From Macrostomum lignano (taxonomy: Eukaryota), in contig NIVC01000038.1 of assembly GCA_002269645.1 (NCBI GenBank), forward strand, positions 558,001 to 622,000: a stretch of DNA of 64,000 bases, read 5' to 3'. The position numbers were made by a program, and so were the translations under genes. Below the pieces are notes generated by a model that saw only the letters and a list, made by a program, of their open reading frames with translations, had not been told where the DNA came from and searched no databases. The first letter of the stretch is position 1, and every line of letters starts with the position of its first letter. Below, one piece after another: positions 11,531 to 25,732 of this stretch.

Positions 11531-13339
11531 GCAGTGGTTTATACTGCAAAAGCAGAAATTCTGCAGCAGATAAAGCAGAGGGTTCCAAGGCAAAGCAAAG
11601 TCACATGAAATTCAGTACAAATCACAGCTACTAAGTGAACGACTGCAACAAACAGCTGAAAGTCGCGCATGCATGCAGAAGACGGCACAGTGATCAGCTG
11701 CCAGTTCAGAAATACTTGCAGCGAAACAAAAGCTGGTACAAAAACAGCTCGACTGCCAACTGCCTGCGTTACGTATTTGACCCAGTTGGCTAACAATTAA
11801 AAAATTACTTTCAAAACTAGAGATTATAACAAAAATGATGAATTAAAGTTTAACGTAGACAGTAATTTTGCTGTAATGCCCATAACAAACTGAAATAAGA
11901 TTAAAAATTAAGATCAAATCAACCGCAGAAAAGAAACAGTAGATATTGCATATTGCGTGCATAGATAAGGGCGCAAAACCAATTAAGCTAATTATATCAT
12001 ATTATTAATATCTTTATAATTATTAATTACGAGTATGCACAAAACTTACAAAAAATTATTTCAAGGTTGGCCCAAAAACACAAGAATAGAGCTTAGTTCT
12101 CAGATTGGCAATCTGCAGCAAACTCGTTTTGCAAATGTTAAGTAAATACCAGATAGTACTTCTCTAGGTTGCTGTTTTTATGCATGCTTTTTTATTCATT
12201 ACAGCCGTCTCGCGATTTAGTTTCACACATACCGTTCAATCTGTCTCTTGTACTGTTTCTAAATGTACATCCAGAAGGATTCGGAAGACATACGTAGCTT
12301 ATACTTACGAATTTATCAAAATCACTCGTAATTTGAACGGTAAGTGTCAATTTGCCTAATAGCTATATTGTTCCATCAAGTTGCAGTTTAATATTTATAG
12401 TTATTATTTTATACTGAAAGCTATTGTATTTAAACATATGGATTTTAGCAATTCTGAGCAGTACTGTATTACCAGTTAAGTTTTAGCTAAGCAAATCATT
12501 TCTTAATTTGAATCTAGCGTATTTGAATAATGGTGTCAAACAATGTTAGTGTGTCATAATTGTTCAAAACGTCGTAAACTGTTGTGTTTGTTGCTTTAGT
12601 TTCTGGTCTGTCATTCTGACTGTGTTCCTATACTTTGTCGACATTCACTTGTTGTATGTTTCCAAAAATCGGAAGTGAAGTTTAAACTGCCTAAACTGTT
12701 CATTCCTTCTGTAATTATTTATCCATCTTTTGGTAAACTTCTCTAGCTGATCATTGTTTTGTTTTGCCTTATGCTTAGCGTTAAGATAAACATTTTCTGT
12801 CCCTCTTGGTTGTTTGAGCATTATTTCTTTCTGCAGTTTTCTAATTCACTCATGTTTTACGATGCATTGAGCTATCAGTGTGTTTTGGTATAGTTGAAGT
12901 GTAATACTAGCTTCAAAAAAGCAATGCTTAACTGCTACAGTTCAGAATAGTCATTGCTTTTTTTGTACCGACACTTGAAATGATAGTAAACAAACCGGTA
13001 CTATGTACTGAGACTTATCACAGGGTCGCATACTTATTACAATCCGAAAATTAAAAGTTCAGAACTCAAGCTTTCAATCGCTTTATTTCATCAGCCATTT
13101 GAGTTGAATAAAATTTGATGTGTTAAAAATATATGCGTGTTTTAATCCTACTCATGCCTTTTCGTTTATCTTTCAACGATGTAATTTTTGCGTTTCTTTT
13201 TATCAAGCAATCAGAAATTTTCTTGAATTCAGTAATGACTTAAATAATGCCGCAAAAGTTAGCCCAAAGTTGTAGATCTCAAGGTCATATAACTATATTA
13301 GCTGCCGTGGCATACTACGAGTAGTACACTTTCTTGCTA

Positions 13340-14265
13340 TCCATTTAAAGAATAATGATGAGTACAGTGCTCAACTGTACCCTTTATAACCTTGCGATGA
13401 TTACATCACTTCCCAGGCCATCGAGCTCTTTCTTTAGCATTGACTTCGGAGGCTCAGTTATCTTTCGCGGTGCTGTCACGGGCAGCATCGTTTGGAAGTT
13501 TGATCCTAAAGACCTCGCCTTTCATTCCCTGTACCTTACCAGAGAATATATCCGCGAATATCGGCTTTTCAACCATTGGTTTGGAAAATCAAATGTTGTG
13601 TTCGCGACATGTCTCACCTTACTCGCGCGACTCACCACTGGAATGTCCTTTTAGCACAAATAATATGCGTTCAGTTGTTAGGCCGTTCAGTGTAAACTTG
13701 CAGCGTGGTCCAACCGTCACATCAAAGTGTTTGTCGATCAAGACTCTTAGTGTCGAAGATGATGTCACTACTTTGCTGGTATCAACACCAAAAGTCTGCA
13801 GCAGCGGCTGTTGACACTGACTTTGATGCATTTGGCGTACGAGTACAAGCATGTGATTTCTCTACGTGTTGAGGCAATTATCGAGTGCATGTTGCCTTTT
13901 TGGGTGGATCTTCCCATGGCCATGTGGTACCGTAAGCAGTGGCTTCTTTTATGACACTTCGTGCAGATCTTTCCCATGCTGGACATTTATCCCTGCGAAG
14001 TTCATGTTCCTTGCTACAAAACTTGTACATCCGACCTACCTCATGATATTGATGAGATTTCACGGATGCTTGACTGGGGGTGCTTATGAACAAAACGAGC
14101 TTACTACTTTCTTCCGTTATTTGCAGATGGCGGCTTCAATGCAGATATCAGTGCGTCCTCTCTCCATGACAGCGCACAGTTCTTTCGTGAGCTCTCAATA
14201 GATTCGCCAGATGGTCTTTGCCTTCCTCAATGTTAGCTCACTATACCCTCTAGCATTTTCCATGG
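13340..14265 (-). mobile_element. Old Gypsy (Ty3) relic: gag zinc knuckle to start of RT; predates the duplication
   Basis: Frameshifted CKFCSKEH..RRDKCPAW(G)KICTKCHKRSH gag knuckle, and FADIFSG..GMKGEVFRIKL...PRKITEP..MLKKELDGL matching the RT N-terminus. Homologous pieces at ~36575-36909 and ~41315-41490. Confidence 0.65.
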
Positions 14266-15425
14266 TTCCAGGATCCCGAAAGTCCCATGAGTATCCGGTC
14301 TTTATTCTACGTTAACAAACGTCAATGCTTACACGTAGCTACCTCCAGTACAAATTAGGCGAAGCGTATTATGAGTACATGGTATGCGTGTCTACATCAG
14401 TCCTTTTCCCTTTCGTTTTTCGTTCGAAATCGATTTCTAAGAAGCTTTTTGATAATAATTTGCCAAGTAATTAGGCCAAGTATACATACCAGTACTTACC
14501 TGTTGATTGCCGCATGCCAAAAGAAACCGATAAAAACAGTTTGAATCTTAGAAAAATTGATTAAATTGTTTTCGTATATTTAAAAAAAAAATAATTAAAC
14601 AGCTCCATGTATAAAGTTTCAAGCTGCTGCAAAAACTATTTTATATTTTTAAAAAGATCAACAAAAAAGCTACGAAACAGTAGCAGCTGTTTTTTAGAAA
14701 ATTATAAGTAATGGAGTTTACAATTCTCAAGTTTCAAAACTAAAATATGGTAGAAAAATTTGTTCAATTATTAAGGCTCATCACTCCGCCATATAAATAC
14801 TCGTATGAGGCCAAACTTCATGTGATGACAGAAAAAAATATATTAACTTCCATTCTTTTGTAAATCGGGCTTGTGATTTGGTGGCGATGGGAACCAGCAG
14901 ATAGATAATTTTTATTTACCGTGAACCTAGACCCTACCGTGTCTGGTTCTGTAGTATGGCAGATACTCATAAAAGCCTCAGGTAATACCGCAATCAAAAA
15001 TATAGTGTAAGAAAATTTAGAAACCACAGCAAAATGAGATTTAAAGCGTCTTCTGGTCGAAAAAAACGAAGCGCAATAAGTGTACATATATCGTTTTAAA
15101 AATAAGTAACACTGCTAAAGCTGCTATTTTTGTTATAAAGAAGAAATAATATGGTATAGTTTTGGCTTTTGATTCTAAATAAACTTTGCTAGAATATTTT
15201 AGTAATATTTAAATTTTGAAAACACTCGCAACCTTTTTTAAATGATTTTGCTAGTTTCTAGTTATAATGTATTCGCTCTAAAAATTAGAACCAAAAATAT
15301 TTTACTGTACTACTCTTGTACTGCTATGCTAATTAATGCAGTAACTGTCTTTTGAAATATTTGGGAGGTTTGATAAACATTTTATAAATCCATACACGAG
15401 CTAGACGAATCGACTGTCTTCAGTT

Positions 15426-18400
15426 TCATGGATATGTTTTTTGCCTTATTTGCTGCTGCGGCTGCAAAATTTTCAGAACCTCGTCCAGCTTGGATTCAAT
15501 GCTTACAATTCGCTGCTCCTGTCGATCAATTATATCTTCATATTTTTGGTTTCCTTGCATCTTCGCATCGTCCAGCATCTCCTGCAAATCTGCCTTCAAC
15601 TCCGCCACTTCCTTGCCGGTGTGCGCCTTCACCACGTCAAAGTCGTTTCTGTTCCACTCGATGTCGCGCAGCAAGCGGGACCGGCACCGGCGGAACTGAA
15701 TCGCCTGGAACTGCAGGAATCGGTTGTAGTCTTCGGGGTAGTCATTCTTGTCCTGCAGCCACCAAGTGGAGCGTTTCGTCTGAAATACAAAATAAAATAT
15801 TAATTTCTATAGTTATCTAAAAGATCTAATGTCACCCCAAAAATATTCATAACTAATGACGGCTAAATCTTAGTAGTAGCCCAAAGCTAAAGACACCAAT
15901 ACAAAATTAATGACTTGCAACAAAGGGATTTCAAAAATTCACTTACGTCATTCGAGCTTTCGATATTTTCATCATCGACTTCATTTTTCGTGCGAAACCT
16001 TTTAGAACATTTTCTGAATATGAACAAAGCAAATTTGAAAATGTACTCCAAAAAACTAAACGGCGGTGGAAGGAGACTTATATGCTGATACTCCTCCAGC
16101 ATCTGACAGAACTGCCTTCTCCAGACTCCGATCGCAACGCCGTAAATTTGTGTGGCTCGAAAATTGAACAGGGCAATCAGCAAGTTCATCATCACCACAT
16201 TCACCAGGCCCATAAATAGGAATATTATGAGATAGTGAAACCACTCATAGCCTTGCTTGATGGCGACCTTTCCTAGCTCTGTGCTGTCTGGAGAGTAGGT
16301 CAACCCGATCTGATCAAAGTTGCCGAATAGCAAATTCAGAGGTAGCGTCGCAGCTTGAATAAACGTTTCCCATCCATTTCTTAGAGTAGCCAGTTCTTCT
16401 GTAGGCGTCCAGGCGTTAGAAAACAGCAAGCATACAATGAATACTCCAAAAGAGACGAGAATCACGAGCAAGATCGCCAAGAAAGGCAACAAGTCGTAAA
16501 TAAATAAATTCCAAAGCATGTTAATCATTCGTCCAAAGATCTCGAAGTAGCTCAGGAACGAGGTGGATCGAAAGCAGAAAAATGAGTACGACACGCATAG
16601 GATGACCTGAATGGGATAAGCATCTTCCAGCTTAAAGCCCATGCCATAATAGATCCATTTTGCGATAAGACCGGCCAGCAGAAACAGAATCGCCGAACAA
16701 TCGAAAATGTTCAGCCCGTCAACAATGTAGGCAGGAGCAGATACTATGTGAGATCCGATCTTGCAGTTCTCTCTATCTTTTCTTTGTCTCACGATTTCAC
16801 TCACTTCTTGCAAGCCAAACGAAAGAAGATAGGCTGAAAGAATAATATCCGAACTTAGTTGTAAAAAAGTTATGTCAACATTTATAACGTACCAACCAAA
16901 GAATACGAGGAACCCTGCGAATGCGACAAAGTGGATCCAAAACCTTGCTAGTGGAGAAGTCGGTCTCGAAATTTTTGGCCTGCAGCTGCAAGCGCTGGGG
17001 CAGCAGTCGCACGGAAGACAGCAGTTTCCGGATGAACCTTGCTTTGAGCAGTCTGAAATGGGCTGCCTCCACTCCTCTTTGGTAACTGAATAGATGCAGT
17101 CCGTGGCAAACAGATCCAGGTTGTCAGCTTTTTTTACCAGATCAAGCACGCTTCCGTATTCAATTTGCTCTGTTTTTCCTGCTTTCCCGTTTGTTAAGAC
17201 TCGGTACGGAAACTTCGGTCCCAAACAGTTGCGATTTTTCTTCATTGCTGCTGCTTCGCTTTTTTTCGTTTCACTTTTCGAATGCTTCATTTCACCTTTA
17301 ATGTACTTGAACAGCAGCTTGATCTCGGTGCTGTCAGCGTTAATAAACAGCTCATTGAGTGCGTTTACCGCAATGTTTGTTATTTTGCTTTTCAGTTTAA
17401 CCAGCTGTTCATGCTTGCCCTTTGCCTTGGCTCTCATCTTGACAATCTCGGGTTCCAACTGGATGAGCAAGCTGAGGCAGCACGGAATCAGCTCGAACTG
17501 TCGAGTCAGAATCAGATCAGGCAAAATCTCCTCACATTGAAAGAATTCGGCCAAGTCTAGAAGCGCAGACTCAGAAGTGGAATCCACATGGATCCTGTGG
17601 TTCAACATGTTCCATTTTTTAAAATGCATGTGGAATCTTTCGTCCTTCTGTAGTGTGTCAATAAGATACCGAGTAAATAGTGTCTCAGTTTCTCTCGTGA
17701 CGATGTTAAGGCTCAGTGCCGCACGAAACAGCTTTCTGGAGTCCATTTCCAGCGCTTTCATCAGAACCATCTGGTCTGTTCTCTGCTTTCTGTTTTCTGT
17801 ATTCTCCTTTATGTCTTCTCTTTTCTTTGTACTATCGACATTGGTTATGGACACCAGAGTCATTCTCGCTGCTGGCCTGTTGGGAAGTTTAAGCGCTCTT
17901 TTCGGCGGATCCAGAAGGCGCCATATGTCCGCCATCTTAATTTCTTTTTTAGAATTTCCAGTCGCTTCAGGGCTCTGAAAGTTATTATGCTTCTTTTTGT
18001 ATTCACGGACAGCAAGAGTGAGGTCATATAAGTGTCCGTTTTCAAAAGCATAGTCGACGCATGTCTGCCCTGAATGCGATTCATTCCAAAGGCTCAACCC
18101 GTTTTCAAGCAGGAAAATTATATTCGCCTGGTGTCCGACTGCGCAGGCAAAGTGCAAGCACGTCTCTCCGTACTGACAGTCTTTGCAAGATTCTGGATTG
18201 GCTTTCATTTTAATCAGACTGTCTAAAGGACTTTTCGTTATCTTTTCAATACTTTCGATCATTTTCTGATCATCTAGCTTGTACTGACCTGAAAATGTGT
18301 GAATTATGTGTGCGCCGGTCTTTGAATTGACCAAAAGTTTATCGAAGTCACTCCTGGCAGTTTGGTCCGAATGAACTTTATCTAGCAGCTTGCAGAGCAC

Positions 18401-20291
18401 AGGAGCATCCAGTTTTGTTGCGTGCAGGCAGTTAAGATTGAAAATGTTGGTAGCAGTCACATCTACTTGCTTGACAAGCAGCTTGAATCGTTCCAAAATT
18501 TTCTGCTCGACTCCATCAAAGGTGAGTTGGCTCTGCATCAGCGAATGCAGCAAAGTGTTTCCTCTAATGTCGGTGCGGCTGAGCTCTTTCCTCTCTTTAT
18601 CCTCTTTAGGAGTACACGCTTTGATGATGTCCGTAAAGTTCAGTCTCTCTTTAGAGTCCTTTTTGGTGACTTCCGCCCGAACCAAAATTATCCATCATGT
18701 CGATTGCCAGATGAAGCACTGATTGATTTTTGTTATTTCGCATTTTTAAAATTTCATTTCTTTTAACTTCTGGTAGTGGAATCATCTCAAATAATTTTCT
18801 TTTATCTTTTCTTTTTGCGGCAATGTGGAAGATTGTGTTGCCTGCTTCGTCGGCAGTCTGAAGGTTTTCGACTTTTGTTATCTTCTTAAGCAGCTCTCGA
18901 ACTGTTTCCAAGCTGCAATTTTCAACAGCGTAATGCAGAACGGTAGATTGGTGCTTGTTTTTTTCCATGAGACAGTCGGGAAGGTCATTCGACCGACTTT
19001 CTGTTTGAGATTGGTCAGCAGTCTGGCCTTTGTCGCGCTGATTTTGTTCTATGGCGGCTTTTGTGGCGCTTTCTGGGCCCTGAGCCACCGCTGGGTCAGC
19101 AGTCTGGCCTTTGTCGCGCAGACTTTTTTCTACATTTATGGCGGCTTGAACTACTTTCAGAAGCGCTGAATTTTTTTGACCGCTTTCTGGGCGCTGAGCC
19201 GCTGCTGGGTTAGCAGTCTGGTCTTTGTTGCGCTGACTTTTTTCTACATTTATGGCGGCTTTGACTACTTCAGAAGCACTTTCTGCATCTCAGTTCTTTG
19301 TCGCTCTTACTTTGTTCTATGGCTTTGACAGCTTCCAGAAGCACTGCATCTCTTCCTGGGCGCTGAGCCAGCGCATGCAGACATGTGTTGCCCTGCTTGT
19401 CCTTTAATTTGTACCAATTCGGCAGCAAATCTTCTAAGCGTTTAATAAGTTTGGTTGCTACTTTCTCGTTGTTGTGCTGGAGGGCCAAGTGTAGAACCGT
19501 TTCTCCCAGCTCGTTTGTCTTTTTCAACCAATCCTTTTTGCTCCGTGAAGTCACCTGCAGCAAAAGCTTAATGGCATTTATTTCGTTTTTAGCTGCGAAA
19601 TGAGCAATGGTATTGCGATCGATATCTTTTTTGTCGAGTATGTCCTTTGCCTTACCAATTCCGTTCATGATCTCTGTAATAACTTTCTTTTTGCAATACT
19701 GAAGTGCATAGTGCAATACTGTTTCATGTCTGTTGTTTTTCCATTTCCAAAAAACTCTGCACTGCACTCTGCACAAACTCTCTGAATCGACTTTCTGCAC
19801 TGTAAGCACCATTCGGCATTCATTCTTATTTTGAGTAGCCCAGTGGGCGCATGTGTTTCCCTTAGCGTCTTTCAACCTAAATAGGTGACCGTTTTCACCG
19901 CTTTGAAATTATTTTCCCAAGACTGAGCTGAGTGATAGCGGGCTGACAGATGCAAAGGAGTGACCTCGTCAAGGTCAGGACGGATGAGGCAGTCTGGTCC
20001 GAATTTTTTGATGAGTTGAGTAAGTGCATCTTCTCCATTCTGATGCATGGCTGCATGATGAGCGGCTGTTCTGTGATTGTCGTCATGTAGCAGTTTCAGA
20101 TTACCTGGCGCGGCAGGTTCAGTACTTAAAATGCCAAGGACGTATTCGAACTCGGCTTTACTTGCAAGTAGAAGCAGCCTCGTGCTTGGATCTTGTTCAA
20201 TTGCATCTGTTCTCCATAAACTAAGGGTCTTTTTCATAGACAAAACATTTCTAGCTGCGCGCTTGAACTTTGTAGCTGCACTGTCCGCCAT
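15426..20291 (-). pseudogene. Ankyrin-repeat TRP channel, copy 2; exons 20291-15947 and 15779-15426; three frameshifts (or assembly indels)
   Basis: Split over ORFs 19872-20444, 19270-19875, 18651-19088 and 15887-18685. Breaks at ~19885, ~19270-19300 and ~18672; the first and last are 1-nt deletions relative to copy 1. Phase-0 intron 15780-15946 (GAC|GTAAGT...TTTCAG|ACG) joins to the YPEDYNRFLQFQ...coiled-coil exon. Confidence 0.88.
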
Positions 20292-21224
20292 TGAAAGAGG
20301 CTTTTGATGCCGCTGATTGACAGGTAAAGATCTGCAAATAAGTGTTCGATACTTTTTAAAAATCAGGTGAATATCATTTATCTTGGATGCAAAGTTATTG
20401 TACAAAATTACATAACTCTTACGAGCTACATAAATTTTTACCATGCCATTTAATTATAAAAACACTTGCGCCCGTAAACAAAACGTCTTCGCTTTTTTAC
20501 TCTGCTTCTAGAAATGCGTCAGACTCTCTCTAATTAGCAGATTTTCTGCTACAATTCCTGTTTATGACCTTCGAATGTCACGCTCCTAAACGGTAGTACC
20601 ACCTGGCCATTTTCAGAGGCTACCAATGGTAGGGGATTCTTCTTGGCAATTTTCTTTACTGTGCCGAAACGAAGCGGAACACGAAATTCAAGAACACGGC
20701 CAATTTTTTGTTGTCACCTTCTCAAACAAGAATCAAGTCGCCGGCCCTCTGGACCGTTGAGATATTTAACGATTCTGCCATTAGCCTCAGTTCGGCTTCT
20801 CCAAGCCTCCAAATTTCACCAGCACGTCGACCACATTACAATTACATGAGTCTGCGTCGGATCTGACTTGTTTAGTCACTGGCATTTAACTAGGCGGATC
20901 TTCTGGACCTTCAATAGGTAACTATGTGTGACGTTGTCACTTGAGGTGGCCCCGACAAGGGCCGTTTTAGCGAAAGCAGTGCCATTCTATAATATTGTTA
21001 ATTTGATGGTCTCGTACTCTAACGTCTGCTTATAGTAATGCCAAGGAATTTTAACAACATTGCGTGACGTTCGTAAAGCCTATGTACAATGCGATCGATA
21101 ATTTCTGTTTTTTCAAGTTGGTTCTCGCGCCGGCCAATAGGAAAGCCGCGCATATATTATGCTAGCCTGATATTAGCTTTTGTCATGCACCCACCCCAGC
21201 CCGCTCGTTATCAGTCCTGTCTGG

Positions 21225-21255
<31 letters not shown>

Positions 21256-24200
21256 GCTCTCCGCCACTGCCAAGTTTGCTCGGGCAAGTCCACTCTTAAG
21301 TCACGCCACTGTCCCGAGTGGGAATCACGCCACGCCTTCACCGTCGCCACTTCATCGCCGTGGCCCATTAGCTATCGATCGCCATTTTTGTTGCCTGCTG
21401 CAGTGCCCAGAGTGTCATAGCACGGATTCAGCACCCAACCAGGCCCAGTCCCACGCTTATATTACCGACAGAAACCTACTATAGCGAGCGGGTCTATCTG
21501 ACCATAATAATTGTTGCCATCGGCCATAACCTAACAATTACATTGACTGCGTTTAAGTCTGAGTGCTACCGCTACACAATTTGCCTCCGTTGTTATTCGC
21601 CTTCGTCATTTGATCCTGGGACTGAGTCTGCCTTTAAATCGTCACAATGGACACTGTTGCGAATTTCTAAAGTTTCGCTGATAAAGTCTCGACAGTCGGC
21701 AACCCTCAACTGCTGGACATCATCAGCCAGTCTCTCAAGTATTCCGTCACAAACCCCAACAACGTCGGCACCTTTAAAAGATTAAACCAGGTGACCAAGC
21801 ACACCTGTCGCGAATTTCTCTAGTTTCGCTGATACTGAATACCCTGGCACCTATGGGAAAGATCCGACCTTCTGGCAGAATCTTTGCATGTATATATTGA
21901 TGGTCCGGAGGGCTGGCGACTTGATTATTGTTTGAGATGGTGACAACAAAAAATCAGCCTGTGTTCTTGAATTTCTTGTGCCTGCGTTGCTTCGTTTAGG
22001 AGCAGCAAAAATATCGGGGGGATCCCTTTGCTAGTTCGACTGTTAATTGTCAGTGTTGAGATGTGACACGCTAGCAGTTAATTAAACTGCGTACTAACTG
22101 CGACCAACTTTATTTTAAATGTTACTATTGGCCACTAAAATGCTAAAATTGGCCAGAGCGTATGGGTATAGCTATAGCCTCTATAATGTATTTGAAACAA
22201 TTTCCAAATAGAATTGTCAAAATTTAGTGAAAATTTCGCTTTTTCCAATGTACAATCTGTAGCACTCAGGATTTTTCACCCTCTTAAAGATGTCTTTGAT
22301 CCAATGTCTTAAAGCAGACAGAATCGAGACTAATACTGTAATATTATCGATTCTCGGTGTCATTCAAATTCTGAAGCTGTAGCCAGAAGCAGAGATTATC
22401 GCGCCAAGTATTGACTTTTTTACTAAGTAGAGTACATTTGTGATAAAAGGCTAATATCCGCTTCAGAGACACAGAAATCCGCTTCACTTTTCACACCTAG
22501 GTTGGCATTCTATGCTGGCGCTCGATATGCTTTGTCTCAAACGACGTTTAAACGCAGGTGCAAAATCGCGGGACACAAAAGGTGTTTCTTACGCACCGAG
22601 ACTGTACGCACCACCTCGTCTGGCCCCCACTACACCACTTATTGGTACACTGCTGCATACTCGTACTGTACCATCAGAATTGAATGTAACCACATCAAGA
22701 TATAGTGCACATTTCCAAAATATAAAATATACTCAGCACAGTCAAAAGTACAATCCCTAGCGAGAGGCGGTACTCAAGTGTGCTTGCGGTTTATCCCTAA
22801 GTTGCGTTACTTGCGGTTTGAAGACCGCTCGCTTGGGGTGCTACTTCTGACTGTTGATGAATATAAAAATGGTTTACCAGTGTTTTGTCGGTGATAGATT
22901 TCCCGAAGATTCTCATGGAGTTGTAACCTATGGTAGAACGTCGGATTTACAAATAAAAGGTCGACAATGCTTTGATTCTCGACCCACCCAGAACAATTTG
23001 TTTTTGATTAAATCTGCATCGCTTCAGCTCACAGCTGTCAAATGAGTACCAACATTAGCTGGGGTAATTGAGGGTGTAATTATCAGCCCTACTAATAGTA
23101 TGTATGAATTTTACTGCCTTTCATAGGTAACAGGAAAATTAATGCTCTGCTGACTCACCTTTACCGCCTCAGAAGGCTTCAAGCCTAGGCGAGACCTGCA
23201 GTATTGTATAGTAGGAAGTTCAAGCGTGTTTCTTTCTGAAAATTAAACATTGTTTTCCAAAATTGTAGCTGATAAACATGATAAGTTTGCCATGAACTTA
23301 TTAGAGCCTTAGGTGCTGTAGGTAGTTAAAAGTACAATTCACTATAAGTACAAATACAAAATAATATGGAAAAGAATCTTCAAGAAAATCATCCAACTTT
23401 ATGAGTAAAGTAATGACAAAGAACTTTCGCGAACTGCACTACACTGCACTACAGTTGCAGTTTTTGTCCAGATATTACTAAGCTACAGCTCGCTTCGCTT
23501 AGAGCTTGTCTGAGACCGCCGCGAAATACCGTATATAAAAAGGCTGACAAAACGACAAACTAAAACCTAAAACCTCCGAAACCTAAAATCATTTTAATAA
23601 ACTTTAATTTAATAGTCTACTAATAGTAGCAATATAAGAAAAATACACTATCAGTATCATTCACAAAAATATGCTCAATAAATAAATTAACTGCGCTACT
23701 TAACTAGTCGCTAATCACTTCTTAACAGAAGTAGTTATATGTTCGGTTTCTGAGTATTGCAATTTGATATAGGTACTGGACGCTCTTTGCACATTCCAGT
23801 CTATTTGTTTATCCAAGAGAAATATAAAATTTTAAGAGACAATTTCGCTATAAAATACTTTGAATGCTGGTATTTTGTCCCTAATTGCTATTTAGGACTA
23901 TACTGCCAGTAATACTACAGCGATAGTTAAAATTCGACATTTAAGTATGCAAGTATCGTCACAGTTCTATCAGGACGTAACACACTCGCGTTCTCTAAAA
24001 AAAAATAGGGAGAATTGCGCAATGATACAACCGCAACTACTTTTCGTCTATGATTGATCATTGAGTAGAAACGTGTAAATTTTATAAAAATTATTAAAAT
24101 TATCGAGTGTATGAGAAAGTTACAGATAAGTTTCTACCATATTAGTAATTTGAACAATTTTTGTTACTCACTGAAATAATGTGGATTTCAGAAGTCCCGT

Positions 24201-25061
24201 CTCGAGCTGCTGGCGTGTAGCTTTGAGTTATACTTGCAGCTCGTTTTGCATCTGCTGCAGTTTTTTATCTGCTCATTAAAGGGAACTTCGGTAGCTAACA
24301 GTGTTGAGTTGAGCTGGAGTGGCTTGCCGAGAGTTTTTTAGCTCGCACAATGCCCGCTGCACCAACCCCATCATGGTCTGGCATCTAAGCATACGAAGCA
24401 ATTCATCACTTCGAATATATTTCTATATGAATGGATTTTAAGTCTATATAGTTTCGCAGGACCGCAGCTCTAGCTGCTGTGTCTATTCAAGTATCTTTCT
24501 TTCTGTAAAAATAGAAGTTTTTGGACTGTAAGCGTGGCAGCTTTTCTCTCCCATATATTGTTGGACAGATGAAACCCAGCGGAAAAAACGTGAAAAATAA
24601 CTAAGAACCACTCCATCTGGAAGCATAAACTAACGCTTGAATTGTGTTTTTTCAAGCTAAACTGTCGATGCGCAATAGCCAGTTTCGGCACTTAGACTGT
24701 CCACGGTATCTAAGAGTAAGAACGAAGGGGGCCAGAGCTGCGCAGCGGTAGACGCGCCTGAGTGGTTTGATAGAGACAGGTGATACACAGTGTGTTCCCT
24801 TGACAACAGATACTCGTATTTTGTCTATTTTAATAAGAAGCAACTGCCTAATAAAGGTATTAACACCTACTACAAAATGGTATAACATTTTTAATGAATA
24901 TAGGACAACTTTTCCTTAAATTGCATCACAAGCAGGTAGCTGTTTCCTCGTTCTGATGTCGGCACCTTCAGCACATAGATCGCCACCGTCTGCCAGGGGT
25001 TGCCGATCGGCAATTGTGTTGTGTTGGAATTGTGTTGGAAGAAACGAGAAGTCTGAAAATG

Positions 25062-25732
25062 CTCCTCTCCTCTTTCCTCTCATTTCATATCTTCTCCTCT
25101 CTCCTCTTCTTTCTCTTCTCCTCTCTCATCTTCTCTCTCCTCTCCTCTCTCTCTTCTCATCTCCTCATCTCTTTCCTCTCTCTCTCCTCTTCTTTCTCCT
25201 CTCCTCTTTCCTCTCCTTTCATCTCTTCTCCTCTCTCCTCTTCTTTCTCCTCTCCTCTCTCATCTTCTCTCTCCTCTCCTCTCTCTATTCTCATCTCCTC
25301 ATCTCTTTCCTCTCCTCTCTCCTCTCCTTTCATCTCATCTCCTCTCTCCTCTTTTTCTCCTCTTCTCTCTCTTCTCTCTCCTCTCTCCTCTCATCTCTCC
25401 TCTCCTTTAATCTCATCTCCTCTCTCCTCTTTTTCTCCTCTTCTCTCTCTTCTCTCTCCTCTCTCCTCTCATCTCTCCTCTCCTTTCATCTCTTCTCCTC
25501 TCTCCTCTTCTTTCTCCTCTCCTCTCTCATCTTCTCTCTCCTCTCCTCTCTCTCTTCTCATCTCCTCATCTCTTTCCTCTCCTCTCTCCTCTCCTTTCAT
25601 CTCTTCTCCTCTCTCCTCTCCTCTCTCCTCTTCTCTCTCTTCTCCTCTTTCCTCTCATCTCATCTCCTCACCTCTTTTCTCTCCTCTCTCCTCTCCTCTC
25701 CTATTTCTTCTCTCCTCTCGTCTCCTCTCTTC
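25062..25732 (+). repeat. CT-rich polypyrimidine low-complexity tract
   Basis: ctcct/ctctt/catct mosaic; source of spurious ORFs 24956-25903 and 25014-25832. Confidence 0.95.

Noticed and set aside
9879-11593. Long ORFs (450, 514, 355 aa and others) and a superficially CRISPR-like 28-bp repeat
   Set aside because: Head-to-tail minisatellite with no unique spacers and no cas genes; the ORFs are open only because the unit lacks minus-strand stops.
15887-15946. C-termini predicted by the ORF track for copy 2 (LCCKSLILYWCL) and copy 3 (VCCKSYILYVRRYY...)
   Set aside because: Read-through into an intron with a GTAAGT donor at the same position in both copies; the spliced exon gives a conserved coiled coil.
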